Source: Calditrichaceae bacterium
GTDB lineage: Bacteria > Calditrichota > Calditrichia > Calditrichales > JBFXGD01
Direction: 5' to 3'
Length of the DNA: 38,963 bases
Assembly: GCA_050178385.1 (NCBI GenBank)
Contig: JBFXGD010000017.1
Span: 1-38,963, forward strand
The notes below the pieces were generated by a model that saw only the letters and a program-made list of their open reading frames with translations, made no database searches and was not told where the DNA came from. Made by a program: the position numbers and the translations under genes. Shown one piece after another: positions 38,629 to 38,963 of the stretch (its first letter is position 1; each line of letters opens with the position of its first letter).

Positions 38629-38963
38629 TTATCTTCTTTTCGATTCAGCCACTTTACAGTTAAAACAAATTGTAGTTGTCGGGACAGCCTCAAGTCTTTC
38701 ATGACCAATCTTTTCACCACAGGAACGGCAAATACCGAATGTCTTGTTGTCGATACGGCTCAGCGCGTCATCGATTTGTTTTAGATACTTCTCGTCTCGT
38801 GATGCAAATAAGAAAGCTTTCTCCCGTTCCATGGCATCCGTTCCCTGATCCGCCATATGATATGAATAGGATGAATGGTCTCCGGATGCTTCCTTGGTTG
38901 TAGAATCAAGTACAACGTTTCGCAAATAGTCAATGTTTTTTGCGATCTCCACGCGTTTTTTCA
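38629..38963 (-). CDS. TraR/DksA family C4 zinc-finger regulator (5' end runs off the window)
   Basis: HMADQGTDAMERE coiled-coil tip, FGICRSCGEKI..ERLEAVP...CFNC. Frame stays open from 38952 to the window edge. Confidence 0.9.
   Translation of the reverse strand, partial: KKRVEIAKNIDYLRNVVLDSTTKEASGDHSSYSYHMADQGTDAMEREKAFLFASRDEKYLKQIDDALSRIDNKTFGICRSCGEKIGHERLEAVPTTTICFNCKVAESKRR

Noticed and set aside
998..38903. Numerous short antisense or nested ORFs in the track (e.g. 12213-12599, 14065-14481, 19498-19932, 23197-23664, 37073-37426)
   Set aside because: They lie within well-supported genes and show no recognisable motifs; treated as shadow ORFs.
1..38963. Mobile elements, CRISPR arrays or defence systems
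   Set aside because: No transposase, integrase, repeat-spacer array or recognisable defence domains seen.

Overview
AT-rich bacterial chromosomal window with 33 supportable CDSs, and no rRNA, tRNA, CRISPR array or transposase. Gene content suggests a diderm FCB-related lineage, possibly Calditrichota; this is an inference, not a database result. Left arm (minus strand): fbaA, panD, a ClC-CBS-RCK_C transporter, an acyl-CoA dehydrogenase, a PgpH-like HD phosphodiesterase, ybeY, a CNNM/GldE-like transporter, selA and a partial flotillin. Centre (minus strand): a complete 12-gene type IVa/MSHA-like pilus operon, followed by a PAS-PAS-HisKA-REC protein that lacks its ATP-binding domain. The operon includes PilB with an eroded MshEN region and a C-terminal receiver domain, a PilM-PilN fusion and PilT. 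It is preceded by a sigma28-like promoter, a 31-bp palindrome and a KamA-family radical SAM gene with a sigma54-like promoter. A candidate sigma54-dependent sRNA with an anti-SD loop lies between the sensor gene and fbaA. Right arm: fbaB, an NPP-family phosphodiesterase, a Zn-finger polysaccharide deacetylase, rfbB, a zincin/beta-propeller/Omp85 + BamB-like lipoprotein + PEGA operon, and dksA-like/lspA/rluD. The best candidate for an undescribed system is a pilus motor controlled by phosphorelay rather than c-di-GMP.
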